Source of the DNA: Candidatus Sigynarchaeum calidifontis
GTDB taxonomy: Archaea; Asgardarchaeota; Lokiarchaeia; Sigyniarchaeales; Sigyniarchaeaceae
Assembly (NCBI GenBank): GCA_030587475.2
Contig: JAUQYZ020000173.1
Coordinates: 1 to 41,107 of the forward strand
Direction of reading: 5' to 3'
Length of the DNA: 41,107 bases
How positions within the stretch are numbered: the stretch's first letter is position 1; each line of letters opens with the position of its first letter. Both the position numbers and the translations under genes were made by a program. The notes beneath the pieces were generated by a model, which saw only the letters and a list, made by a program, of their open reading frames with translations, was not told the origin of the DNA and did not search any database. Of this stretch, positions 1-8,306 are shown in pieces.

Positions 1-140
1 CTGCCGAGCACGTCGACCGGGCTCTGGACCCGAGCGACGTGCTCGCGCGTCACGCGCGCATAGCGCAACGTGGTGCGGATCGAGCGGTGTCCGAGCAGCA
101 TCTGGATGACGCGGATATCGGTGCCGAGCTCGAGCAAGTG
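1..140 (-). mobile_element. C-terminal fragment of a tyrosine recombinase/integrase (XerD/IntI-like)
   Basis: Manual minus-strand translation from 140 gives HLLELGTDIRVIQMLLGHRSIRTTLRYARVTREHVARVQSPVDVLG, i.e. box II LLGH plus catalytic Tyr. It is not in the ORF track, runs off the window edge, and homology is lost beyond ~141. Confidence 0.85.
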
Positions 141-1781
141 TCGGGGCAAAAAGTAGAGGATTTGCACAGGCCCTGGGTCGATAAAATCAAGTTCCCGTGT
201 CCGAAATGTAAAAAAGGCACCATGAACCGCGTCGAGGACGTCGTCGATGTCTGGCTCGATTCCGGGTGCGTCATGTGGGCATCCAACGAGGCCATCTATG
301 GCGACGACTACACGCTCGGCCCCAAGGAGTACGAGGATTGGCGGCCCGCCGACTTCATCCTCGAGGGCAAGGACCAGATCCGAGGCTGGTTCAACTCGCT
401 CATGTCTTGCGGCATCTTGAGCTCGGACCGGCCCACCTACAAGAACGTGGTCATGACCGGCTTCGTCACGTTCGAGGGAGAACCAATGCATAAAAGCCGC
501 GGGAACGTGGTCTCGCCCGAGGAAGCCATCGAGCGCCGCGGCGCGGAAACTTTCCGCATGTACTGCACGATCAACATGAGCATGGGCGAGGATCTCAATT
601 TCTACTGGCGGGACTTCGATGACTCGTACCGCATCGTGAACACGCTGTGGAACTGTTACGTGTATGCCAAGGACATGTTCACGCTGAACGGCTTCAAGCC
701 CAAGGTTAAAGACCTCGCGGCTCTCCTCAAGAAAGATAAAAACGTCGAGGACAAGTGGATCGCGTCCCGCCTCAACACGGCCATCAAGGCCATGACGGCA
801 AGCCTCGATGCATATGACATGGCGAAATATGCCAAGCTCTTGCGGGATTTCATCATCGAGGACGTTTCCAAGGGCTACCTCAAGCTCGTGAAGGATCGGC
901 TATCCGAGGATGCCGAGGAAAAGGACAAGGCTAACGCGATGGAGACTATCTTCCAGGTACTACGCGCGCTAAGCCTTTTAGCTGCCCCGATATTCCCCGT
1001 CATCGCGGAACTCGTGCACCGGGATTTCCTCTCCAAGCTCCTAGCAAACCCCGCCCGGTCGATCCACCTCGACGCGTGGCCGAAAGTGGCCGAAAACCTC
1101 ATCGACACCAAGCTCGAGGCGGATTTCGAGGTCATCGAGAAGGTGCTCGAGACGACACGCATGATGCGAGAAGAGGCCGGTCTGAAACTCAAGTGGCCTT
1201 GCAAGGAGCTCGTGCTGGCGGCAGAAAAGAAGCTTGAAGGGCTCGAATATCTCGCGCCCATCCTGGAAAAGGAAGCCAACGTCAAGAAAGTCACGTTTGC
1301 AACAACGTTCACGCCGGGTGCCGATCACATCGCTGGCGAGGCAAGTGGGGTCAAGATATACATCGACAAGGCCATGGACGAGGCGCTGTTCGCCGAGAAG
1401 TTTTACCGGGACTTCTTCAGGCAGCTCCAGTTCATGCGAAAGGCAGCGAAGCTCAATGTGGGGGACATGATCGACCTCGAAATCCGCACGCCATCCGCCA
1501 TCGTGAAGAAGCACCTGACACGTTTCGTTGACGACATAAAGAGAAACGCTTACGTGGCGGACATCAAGTTAACGGCCAAGAGCGAGCTGCAGAAGGTCGA
1601 CTTCGAGCAAGAGTTGAAATACTGCCCAGAGGAAACGTGCCTCGTCCCGCTCAAGGCGAAGACGATCGAGAACGCGATCAAGGCTGGAAAGAAAACCGTC
1701 ACGTGCTCGTATTGCAACGGGGAGCAACCGATCGACAAGCTCATCCCGATCGCTATGCGGTTCAAGAAAAGCAGCACGTGA
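126..1781 (+). CDS. ileS: Isoleucine--tRNA ligase (archaeal/eukaryotic type), C-terminal portion; 5' part absent
   Basis: DLHRPWVD, CPKC, DVVDVWLDSG, FILEGKDQIRGWFNSL, KMSKS-variant PMHKSRGN and anticodon-binding helical domain (DKWIASRL, SIHLDAWP). The first ~30 aa of the 39..1781 ORF are antisense integrase sequence. Confidence 0.93.
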   Translation, partial: ELEQVSGQKVEDLHRPWVDKIKFPCPKCKKGTMNRVEDVVDVWLDSGCVMWASNEAIYGDDYTLGPKEYEDWRPADFILEGKDQIRGWFNSLMSCGILSSDRPTYKNVVMTGFVTFEGEPMHKSRGNVVSPEEAIERRGAETFRMYCTINMSMGEDLNFYWRDFDDSYRIVNTLWNCYVYAKDMFTLNGFKPKVKDLAALLKKDKNVEDKWIASRLNTAIKAMTASLDAYDMAKYAKLLRDFIIEDVSKGYLKLVKDRLSEDAEEKDKANAMETIFQVLRALSLLAAPIFPVIAELVHRDFLSKLLANPARSIHLDAWPKVAENLIDTKLEADFEVIEKVLETTRMMREEAGLKLKWPCKELVLAAEKKLEGLEYLAPILEKEANVKKVTFATTFTPGADHIAGEASGVKIYIDKAMDEALFAEKFYRDFFRQLQFMRKAAKLNVGDMIDLEIRTPSAIVKKHLTRFVDDIKRNAYVADIKLTAKSELQKVDFEQELKYCPEETCLVPLKAKTIENAIKAGKKTVTCSYCNGEQPIDKLIPIAMRFKKSST

Positions 1782-1912
1782 TCCCTTTTCTACACGATCG
1801 CGGATTAAAGGTTCTGCTCGCAGCAGCCGGCGCACGATGGCCATGGATGATCTCGATACCAATTACATGGCACGCGTTTTGTTGATTTGATTTTTCTTTT
1901 TGCTTTCTTAAG

Positions 1913-2359
1913 TCATTTTATGGTTTCTTTTCCAGAATCAGCATTTATTATTCCAGATTTGATTATTTCTTCTTTTTTTTTAATACATTTTTGCAGAAAA
2001 TCTTCCATTTCATTATATTTTTGTAAAACGAGTTCCCCGGTTGGAGTTAATGAAACCGCACCTCCCCCACCTTTTCCACCCTTCCGGGTCTCGACCGCCG
2101 GCTCACCCAGGCGATCTTTAAGCTTCTGGGTGCGATCCCACGCGTACTTGTAGGAATAGCCGAGCTTCTCCGCAGCAGCCGTGAGAGAACGGGTTTCCTT
2201 TATCGCCGACAAGAGACGCGCCACGCCAAGGCCTAATATGAATCTCTGCGTGTCTTTCTTTCGGCGATTCCTTTCTACCTGGCTCTCCCTTGTTGATTCG
2301 TCTGCTTCGGGAGCATCGATCTCTATCCAGACACGAAAACGAACGCGTATGGGCTTCAT
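1913..2359 (-). CDS. ModE-type winged-helix transcriptional regulator (DNA-binding domain only)
   Basis: GLGVARLLSAIKETRSLTAAAEKLGYSYKYAW...GEPAVETRKGGKGGGGAVSLTPTG matches the ModE N-terminal wHTH; no TOBE domains. Confidence 0.85.
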   Translation of the reverse strand: MKPIRVRFRVWIEIDAPEADESTRESQVERNRRKKDTQRFILGLGVARLLSAIKETRSLTAAAEKLGYSYKYAWDRTQKLKDRLGEPAVETRKGGKGGGGAVSLTPTGELVLQKYNEMEDFLQKCIKKKEEIIKSGIINADSGKETIK

Positions 2360-2530
2360 AAGTCAAATCAACTACCCGCATGTTTTTAGATGTTCTCCCT
2401 TGATGTGGTCGTGAAAATCAAGGGGAGAATTGATTGTCCCTCGTCCCTTTAAGGTTTTCTCCGTGATCTTTATATATTTCTGGCCACGGATGAAAACATC
2501 GCCATGTGTGGCTATGGCGGTTGTTGGAAC

Positions 2531-2548
2531 AAAGAAACCTTTATATAG
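2531..2548 (+). promoter_or_regulatory. Putative archaeal BRE-TATA promoter
   Basis: aaagaaacc-tttatata (purine-rich BRE followed by TTTATATA) in the intergenic region upstream of 2760. Confidence 0.45.
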
Positions 2549-2759
2549 ACAACATGGCTCTCCACATCTGACCACCAAGATGGGAGCCAGAATTGCACTG
2601 GACTCCCGAAATGCAAAACTGAATGAAAAAAGCCTCGCGCACGGATAAAAACAGACATCCTCCGGCGATATCGACGACGATGAATACCACGGCGACAATC
2701 GCATAAATGGCATCGGCGTCGTTCCGCGTGGACGGAATGCTTCTCAAGGAGAATCGATC

Positions 2760-3626
2760 ATGCCTGCAAAAAAGGTAAAGCCCGCGAAGCCAGTTAAAAG
2801 CCCCTCGTCGAAACCAAAGGCAAAAAATACTCCGGGAAAGGGAAAAAAGGGGGCTGCAGGCGCGGACGAGGAGCTCGAAGCGATAGCAGCGAGCGAGGAT
2901 ATTGGTAGAGGGAACAAGCGGAAAGGCACCAAGACGACTCCCAAGAATGCTAAAAAAACTATATCTGTCGCTCCATCTCTGAGCGAGAATGAAGAATCAG
3001 ATGAGGATGAGCTCGAATATGAAAATGAAAGTAGGGATGAAATCTCAAGCAAGCGAGCTAAGGCTGCAAAACCTACAAGCGGCAAGCATCCCGCGGAAGA
3101 AGATGAGGATTTAGAAGAGGCCGGGGAAGGCGAGCCCGATGCAGAAGACATCGAAGTAGATGAGGGTGAAGAGGAAGAGAAAGACATAGAAGAGATCGAC
3201 GAGAAGATCCCGTGCGATTTTTGCACCAAGAACTCGACCCACGCGTGCTTTAACTGCGGGAAAAATGGCTGCGATGACCACGTGCTTCCCGTGATGATTT
3301 GGGTTAAAAAAGGCAAAGGTCGGAGCAAGAAAAAGGAAAAACAGAGTGCAATGTGTTGTATCGATTGTGTTTCGAACGTCGAGGTCGTGGACGAGGAGGA
3401 AGAGGACGAAGACGAATGGGATGATATAGAAGAGGATGATGACGAGGAATCCGATGAAGGTGAAGGGGAGGAAGATGAAGAAATAGACGAGGATGAAGAT
3501 GATGAGGACGAAGATGAAGACGAAGATGACGAGGACGAGGACGAGCTATTCGATGACGAAGACGAAGAGGACGATTTCTATGATGATGACGATGATGACG
3601 AAGGGGACGATGACGATTTCTATTGA
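2760..3626 (+). CDS. Low-complexity protein: Lys-rich N-terminus, Cys/His zinc-finger, very acidic C-terminal tail
   Basis: MPAKKVKPAK..., CDFC-x7-CFNC-x4-CDDH...CCIDC, then ~80 aa almost all D/E; ggag upstream of ATG. Confidence 0.8.
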   Translation: MPAKKVKPAKPVKSPSSKPKAKNTPGKGKKGAAGADEELEAIAASEDIGRGNKRKGTKTTPKNAKKTISVAPSLSENEESDEDELEYENESRDEISSKRAKAAKPTSGKHPAEEDEDLEEAGEGEPDAEDIEVDEGEEEEKDIEEIDEKIPCDFCTKNSTHACFNCGKNGCDDHVLPVMIWVKKGKGRSKKKEKQSAMCCIDCVSNVEVVDEEEEDEDEWDDIEEDDDEESDEGEGEEDEEIDEDEDDEDEDEDEDDEDEDELFDDEDEEDDFYDDDDDDEGDDDDFY

Positions 3627-3845
3627 CAAGACGTCTCCCTGAGTATCCACTCGTGCGTTATTAACGTGCTCCAGAATGCTGGTCGTGAATGCTTTTTCCG
3701 CGAGATTGATCGGGATTGAAGGTAGAGCTGGCGTTCAGCCAGTCAATAACGGGTAACGAATTCCAAGCTATGCCGACGGACTAACCAGGAAAAAATGAGT
3801 TTTGGAAAAGGGATTACAAATCTCTTGGTAACAAGGGAAAGTGGT

Positions 3846-4433
3846 TCACGCCTCGGTGGGGGCCGGCAAGCCAATCTGCTTCCGGATCTCCTCGGTCTTG
3901 GCTTTCAACAACACGAGACGGCAAGCCTTGGGAAACTTGTAGGATGCAGTCTTGAGAGCGGCCCGGATCTTGGGCTCGTACTTCATGAACGTGCTAGCTT
4001 CAAGGACGATCTGCCCGGCGCGAAGCAGCGCACAACGGCCGATGGGTTTACCGAAAGACTCGCGCATGCCCGAGGAAATACGGTCCGCACCGGCGAATCC
4101 CATCAGCTTGTTCTCGCGGTACACCCGGTACGGGTGGGGGCGCACCTTGAACAAGAAACCCCCCTTACCGATGTCCTCACGCAAGGCACGGTTCACGCTC
4201 GAGCGTGCGGCTTCTAACGTGGCGTCCGAGCATAGAACCGTATGGAGTATCTGGACACCAATGGTCACGTCAAAATCATCCTTCATGGTACCTTTCAAGT
4301 CGCCCATTTCAAAGATGCGGATTTTCGGATCGGCACCACCATGGATGAATTCCTTTCCTCGCGCGCCACGTTTCTTGATATATGGTTTAGCATGAATTTT
4401 ACTCGCGTAACATCTCCAAGGACGTTTACCCAT
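3846..4433 (-). CDS. rpl10e: 50S ribosomal protein uL16 (L10e)
   Basis: MGKRPWRCY, DPKIRIFEMG, RPHPYRVYRENKLMGFAGADRISSGMRESFGKPIG, ALKTASYKFP. Confidence 0.97.
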   Translation of the reverse strand: MGKRPWRCYASKIHAKPYIKKRGARGKEFIHGGADPKIRIFEMGDLKGTMKDDFDVTIGVQILHTVLCSDATLEAARSSVNRALREDIGKGGFLFKVRPHPYRVYRENKLMGFAGADRISSGMRESFGKPIGRCALLRAGQIVLEASTFMKYEPKIRAALKTASYKFPKACRLVLLKAKTEEIRKQIGLPAPTEA

Positions 4434-4697
4434 CTTATTCACTTCCAGAAGCCATCGTCTTCAAGATTTTTTCTCGATCATCCATCTTGTTAATGCTTCT
4501 GAGCGCATAAACCCAATACTATATTGGATAAAATTCACGGCCGTATTAAACCATTCCTTTGCGGCGCCACGAGACCCGTGAAAATCATCCGCACGTCGAG
4601 ACGGATGGTGCATCCCCAAAGTTCGACACCGCATGGTTCGTCCCGGAACCGTTCCTTATTGTGCGATATGCATCTGGCCAATCTCTATTGAACGTTC

Positions 4698-4919
4698 ATG
4701 CTGAACAATCAGTCGAGCGATGGATTGGGCTTGAACTGGTCCGGGACGACGATAGCCACGATCAGCACGACCCGAGAAGGTGGCCGCGATCCGGGTGCGT
4801 GTGGAGCGGCGCCGTGGCCGGTCATCGCCACGATAGGCGTCGCCGCGACCTATTTCGTCTGGTATATTTACAAGAATTACATCCCGGCTAAAAAACCATG
4901 GAATGAGACAAAAAAATGA
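4698..4919 (+). CDS. Small membrane-anchored ORF or remnant of a surface protein C-terminus
   Basis: Hydrophobic segment PWPVIATIGVAATYFVWYIY followed by a basic tail (KKPWNETKK); short, no recognisable family. Confidence 0.3.
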   Translation: MLNNQSSDGLGLNWSGTTIATISTTREGGRDPGACGAAPWPVIATIGVAATYFVWYIYKNYIPAKKPWNETKK

Positions 4920-5063
4920 AATGATGCGTTTTCCATTTCTTCTTTTTATCGTGTCCTCGCGTGCCAGGGTTTCTTTGCTTCATAAATTGCTCTAAATGTT
5001 CACGTAATGAATGATTGCGCTGAATGCGAAATGTTCTAAAGTTGTCACTCGTGTACGGAAACC

Positions 5064-6449
5064 ATGGAGCGCGTCTTGGTCTCGTTGCGGGAGCTCGTCT
5101 CCGCCATAGGCTTGCAGGATCGAGCTGCGGAGATCGAAGCGGAGGCACTCATGTTACTCAAGGCGCATGAAAGCGCGGTGGCAGACGAGGCGACCGTCGG
5201 ACAAAGGCCGGAGAACAAAGCCCTTGCGATCTGTTACATCGCCGCCAATCGCATCTTGCTCCCGAAACATGTCTCATACGATGCCATGATACGGGCCGCC
5301 GCGAACACGCCAACTTGGCGGAGCGAGCCCGTGCCGAGTAAAAACGGAATGACCAAGCTTATCCAGCGATTCGCCCGGCGCATCTGTCCCATCGAACACG
5401 ATCCCGAGATCGTCGAAAAGGCGGGCTTGACCTTCACGGTCTGCACGCGTTGCCACTACATCTTGCGGACTGGTGGGCCAGTCGAACGCGCTGCTGACGA
5501 GGAACCCGAGGATGCCGAGCATGCCGAGCCTTCTTACCTTGTCCGGGGTGGGCTGCATGGGTATGTCGAGGGCACGAGCTTCAACCTTGACGAGCCGTTG
5601 GAAGACCGGCCATCGAATGCTGGTGAGAAAACGACAGCCCAGCAAATGGGAGATATCAAGGCGACAGGAACGACGAGTGCAAGTGTTGAGACGGGGTCAC
5701 CGGAGGAAACTCTTTCGATTCCGGTGGATGCTGAAGAAACACTAGAGGATGTATTACCGGGCAATGACAAGCCAGACGCTTCGGACTCGGAAGTAACGTC
5801 CAGTACACGCAAGAAATGGCTTGCCTCGGCCATGTTACAAGCGAAGAAGATAGTAAAGGAGCATCCCGTGTTGAAAGATGCCGTGCCCGGGGCAATGGCG
5901 CTCGTGAAGCGCTCTATCGACATGTACATCACCTCCGACAAGGTACTGGGAAGCCTGGTGCAAAAGGTAGTCAAGATGGCACTTTTACACGAGAGCAAGG
6001 TGCAGAACTTGCCCGTGACATCGAAGGACTTGAACATCCAGCCATCCGACTACTTGAAGTTCCTCGCCGCGTCCAGCACGACCGTGGCGCAGCCCGCCAC
6101 GACCAGCGATGCATCGATCGTCGAGCGCGCCCTCGATATCATCGCGGCCCACTCGCACAAGCCAATCGACGAAGAAACGCGGGAGCGGATTACCCGCTTC
6201 CAAGCGGTGGCACGCCGCAAGCTCATGGGTTTCTCGCCCGCGATGGCGGCATCCGTGATCGCCTTCATCGACATCGCCCGCCACGACCCGTCCGTGGTCT
6301 TGAGCAAGGTGGCTTCCATCGCCGGGATAAATACATCGTCGTTGTACAACGCGACCGGCCGGTTCCTCGAAAAAATCGGGCGGGCCGGGAATCCAGATGC
6401 ATCTCTCACCGAGCGGGTCGTCGCAGCGTTTCCACCGAGAGACAAGTAG
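5064..6449 (+). CDS. Hypothetical protein with degenerate TFIIB/cyclin-like helical repeats and a possible Zn site
   Basis: GQRPENKALAICYIAANR and GFSPAMAASVIAFI...LSKVASIAGINTSSLYN resemble TFB cyclin repeats; CPIEH...CTRCH; acidic linker; ends in TAG. Confidence 0.65.
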   Translation: MERVLVSLRELVSAIGLQDRAAEIEAEALMLLKAHESAVADEATVGQRPENKALAICYIAANRILLPKHVSYDAMIRAAANTPTWRSEPVPSKNGMTKLIQRFARRICPIEHDPEIVEKAGLTFTVCTRCHYILRTGGPVERAADEEPEDAEHAEPSYLVRGGLHGYVEGTSFNLDEPLEDRPSNAGEKTTAQQMGDIKATGTTSASVETGSPEETLSIPVDAEETLEDVLPGNDKPDASDSEVTSSTRKKWLASAMLQAKKIVKEHPVLKDAVPGAMALVKRSIDMYITSDKVLGSLVQKVVKMALLHESKVQNLPVTSKDLNIQPSDYLKFLAASSTTVAQPATTSDASIVERALDIIAAHSHKPIDEETRERITRFQAVARRKLMGFSPAMAASVIAFIDIARHDPSVVLSKVASIAGINTSSLYNATGRFLEKIGRAGNPDASLTERVVAAFPPRDK

Positions 6450-6521
6450 CACGATGGCCTGTTAGACGATTTCACATCCATTCAAGACGATTCTATACGT
6501 TCTGAACGAGGAGACATTGCC

Positions 6522-7352
6522 ATGGCTCAAAAACAGCTGGTAAAAACGTATTTTTCTGGCTTTGATCCCGTTCCCGGCGACGTGAAGGGCAAGCTATGGC
6601 CGGAAGGTTTGCCATTTTATTCAAAAGCCGCCGGGGACTCGAAGGCGGTCGTGGTCTGCTTCCACGGCTTCGGTGCCACGCCTTACGAGACACGCCCCGT
6701 GGCCGACGCGTGCGTACGTGCGGGCATCGATGCGGTGGTTCCCATACTCCCCGGCCATGGCTATGCTCATGATGAAGACCAGAAGCGTGAGATCGTCAAG
6801 ATGACCAAGGACGGGTTGCTCGAAGCCGCTCGCCAGGAAGTAGCACGGGCACGGGAGCGGTACAAGACCGTCTTCGCGTATGGCCAGTCGATGGGCGGGG
6901 CCATCGCCCTCTCGATCGCGGCCGAGGGGATCGTCGATGCTTGCGCCACCACCGCGCCCGCCCTCAAGCTCCCCGCGGGGTCGGGGTTCAACATGGTGCT
7001 CACCGCCATGTTCCTCAACAAGTTGAGCTTTTTCATCAAGAAAAAGCCGAGATCCAGGACATTCGTCAATTATAGTTACTCGCACCACAGCAGCATCGCC
7101 GGGGCGCAGATGCAGCGCTTGTCACTGCACGCCCGCTCGGTGCTCGGTTCCATCGCGTGCCCGGTGCTCGTCGCGCACTCGCATGGCGACTCGACGATCG
7201 ATCCTGTCGTGACCGACTGGGTGCGGTCGAAAGCCAGGGGCACGGTCGAGATCGCCTGGTTCGACAAGTCAGATCACACGATGCCCCTGGACGTTCAAGG
7301 TCCCGAGGTTTCCGCGGCGATCGCGGGGTTCTTCACCCGATACCTGTCGTGA
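6522..7352 (+). CDS. Alpha/beta hydrolase (carboxylesterase/monoacylglycerol lipase-like)
   Basis: FHGFGA oxyanion motif, LPGHG, GQSMGG nucleophile, D (HGDSTID) and H (SDHTM) triad; gagga RBS upstream. Confidence 0.9.
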   Translation: MAQKQLVKTYFSGFDPVPGDVKGKLWPEGLPFYSKAAGDSKAVVVCFHGFGATPYETRPVADACVRAGIDAVVPILPGHGYAHDEDQKREIVKMTKDGLLEAARQEVARARERYKTVFAYGQSMGGAIALSIAAEGIVDACATTAPALKLPAGSGFNMVLTAMFLNKLSFFIKKKPRSRTFVNYSYSHHSSIAGAQMQRLSLHARSVLGSIACPVLVAHSHGDSTIDPVVTDWVRSKARGTVEIAWFDKSDHTMPLDVQGPEVSAAIAGFFTRYLS

Positions 7353-7398
7353 GGTAACACGGTCGAGGTAACACGGCTGGCGAGGTAACACGGCTGGC
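7351..7398. repeat. Short tandem repeat, 3 x gaggtaacacgg(ctggc)
   Basis: Units at 7351, 7365 and 7382; lies at the truncated 3' end of the GNAT pseudogene. Confidence 0.9.
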
Positions 7399-7875
7399 CA
7401 GTTGCGTCCAGGTAGTTGCACAAGGCTGACATTAACCTGGTTCCATGCCCCATTTATTGCTTGGCCGGATCGACGGCGATGTGCCAGAGGAGCCAGTGCC
7501 CGGCCGGTGCATGGTTCTCCCTGATCCGGTCGGACGCGCTGCTATACGGTGCTTGTCGGGCGAGGAAGCCGAGACCCAGCTTCGCGAGTATCTTCCAGCC
7601 GCCGTGGATGAATAGATCCCACGTCCGAACCTTGACGCTTTCTGGAGGCAGCAAGGCCATGACGCCCTCGAAGTTCCCAGAAGTCGCGTAGACTCGTCCC
7701 TTGGCAATGGCGTGCCTCACGAAACATTCGAATAATAGCTTCATGCCTTTCTCTCGCTTGACCCTCTCTGGCATCATGGCAACGTACAAGGGATAATCGG
7801 TGAGCGCGCTCTCGTATAGGTGGCCACGGCATCCTTCAAGTCTTTCCTGGAAACCTCGAACAAATCAAGATCCAT
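7382..7875 (-). pseudogene. GNAT-family N-acetyltransferase pseudogene
   Basis: MDLDLFEVSRKDLKDAVATYTRA / frameshift near 7805 / LTDYPLYVAMMPE...HWLLWHIAVDPAKQ*MGHGTRLM...ATGQPCYL. In-frame TAA (7454-7456) falls inside the Q-x-x-G-x-G acetyl-CoA motif and the gene is truncated after PCYL. Confidence 0.85.
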
Positions 7876-8005
7876 CTCGGGATTCAAGAGCTACTTTTCA
7901 CCCTTACCAGTACATCGTGAGCAATTCGAGCTCTTTTATGAATACGATTGCTACACTTATAAAAGAAGAGAAAATGGCAATAATCACAAGCGAGTGGATG
8001 GGCGG

Positions 8006-8182
8006 TTAATCCTCCGCCTTCCATTCATGGTCGCAATTCGTGCACACAAATTTCTTATGGTACATGGCGGCCATTCCCGAGCCTGTCATGATCGGGGGCC
8101 TGCTCTTGTCATCAACTTCTTTCACGAAAGGTTTCATTGCTCCACATGCGGGGCAAACGAATTTACGTGGGGTTTCAGTCAT
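8006..8182 (-). CDS. Small zinc-ribbon protein
   Basis: CPACG...KEVDDKS...MYHKKFVCTNCDHEW; two CxxC pairs with a TFIIS/RpoM-like C-terminal CxxCxxxW. Confidence 0.75.
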   Translation of the reverse strand: MTETPRKFVCPACGAMKPFVKEVDDKSRPPIMTGSGMAAMYHKKFVCTNCDHEWKAED

Positions 8183-8306
8183 TATCATCAACCTGGTTTA
8201 AGATTTTCGCTCTATCTCTTTGTTTTTATCAAAGGATTTGGAACTTTAATGCATAAATATCTACTCGAAATCTATTTTAACTTAGCGCGTCGCGGTAGGT
8301 GCATGT

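Noticed and set aside
39-125. N-terminus of the 580-aa ORF as part of IleRS
   Set aside because: It is the antisense of an integrase fragment and has no IleRS motifs.
3380-3626. GAY/GAR triplet run as a DNA microsatellite
   Set aside because: Mixed synonymous Asp/Glu codons indicate protein-level low complexity.
7351-7398. Possible mini-CRISPR array
   Set aside because: The units are 12-17 bp with no spacers and derive from the GNAT coding sequence.
7454-7456. In-frame stop in the GNAT gene as recoding
   Set aside because: It is TAA and accompanies a frameshift and a truncation, so this is ordinary decay.
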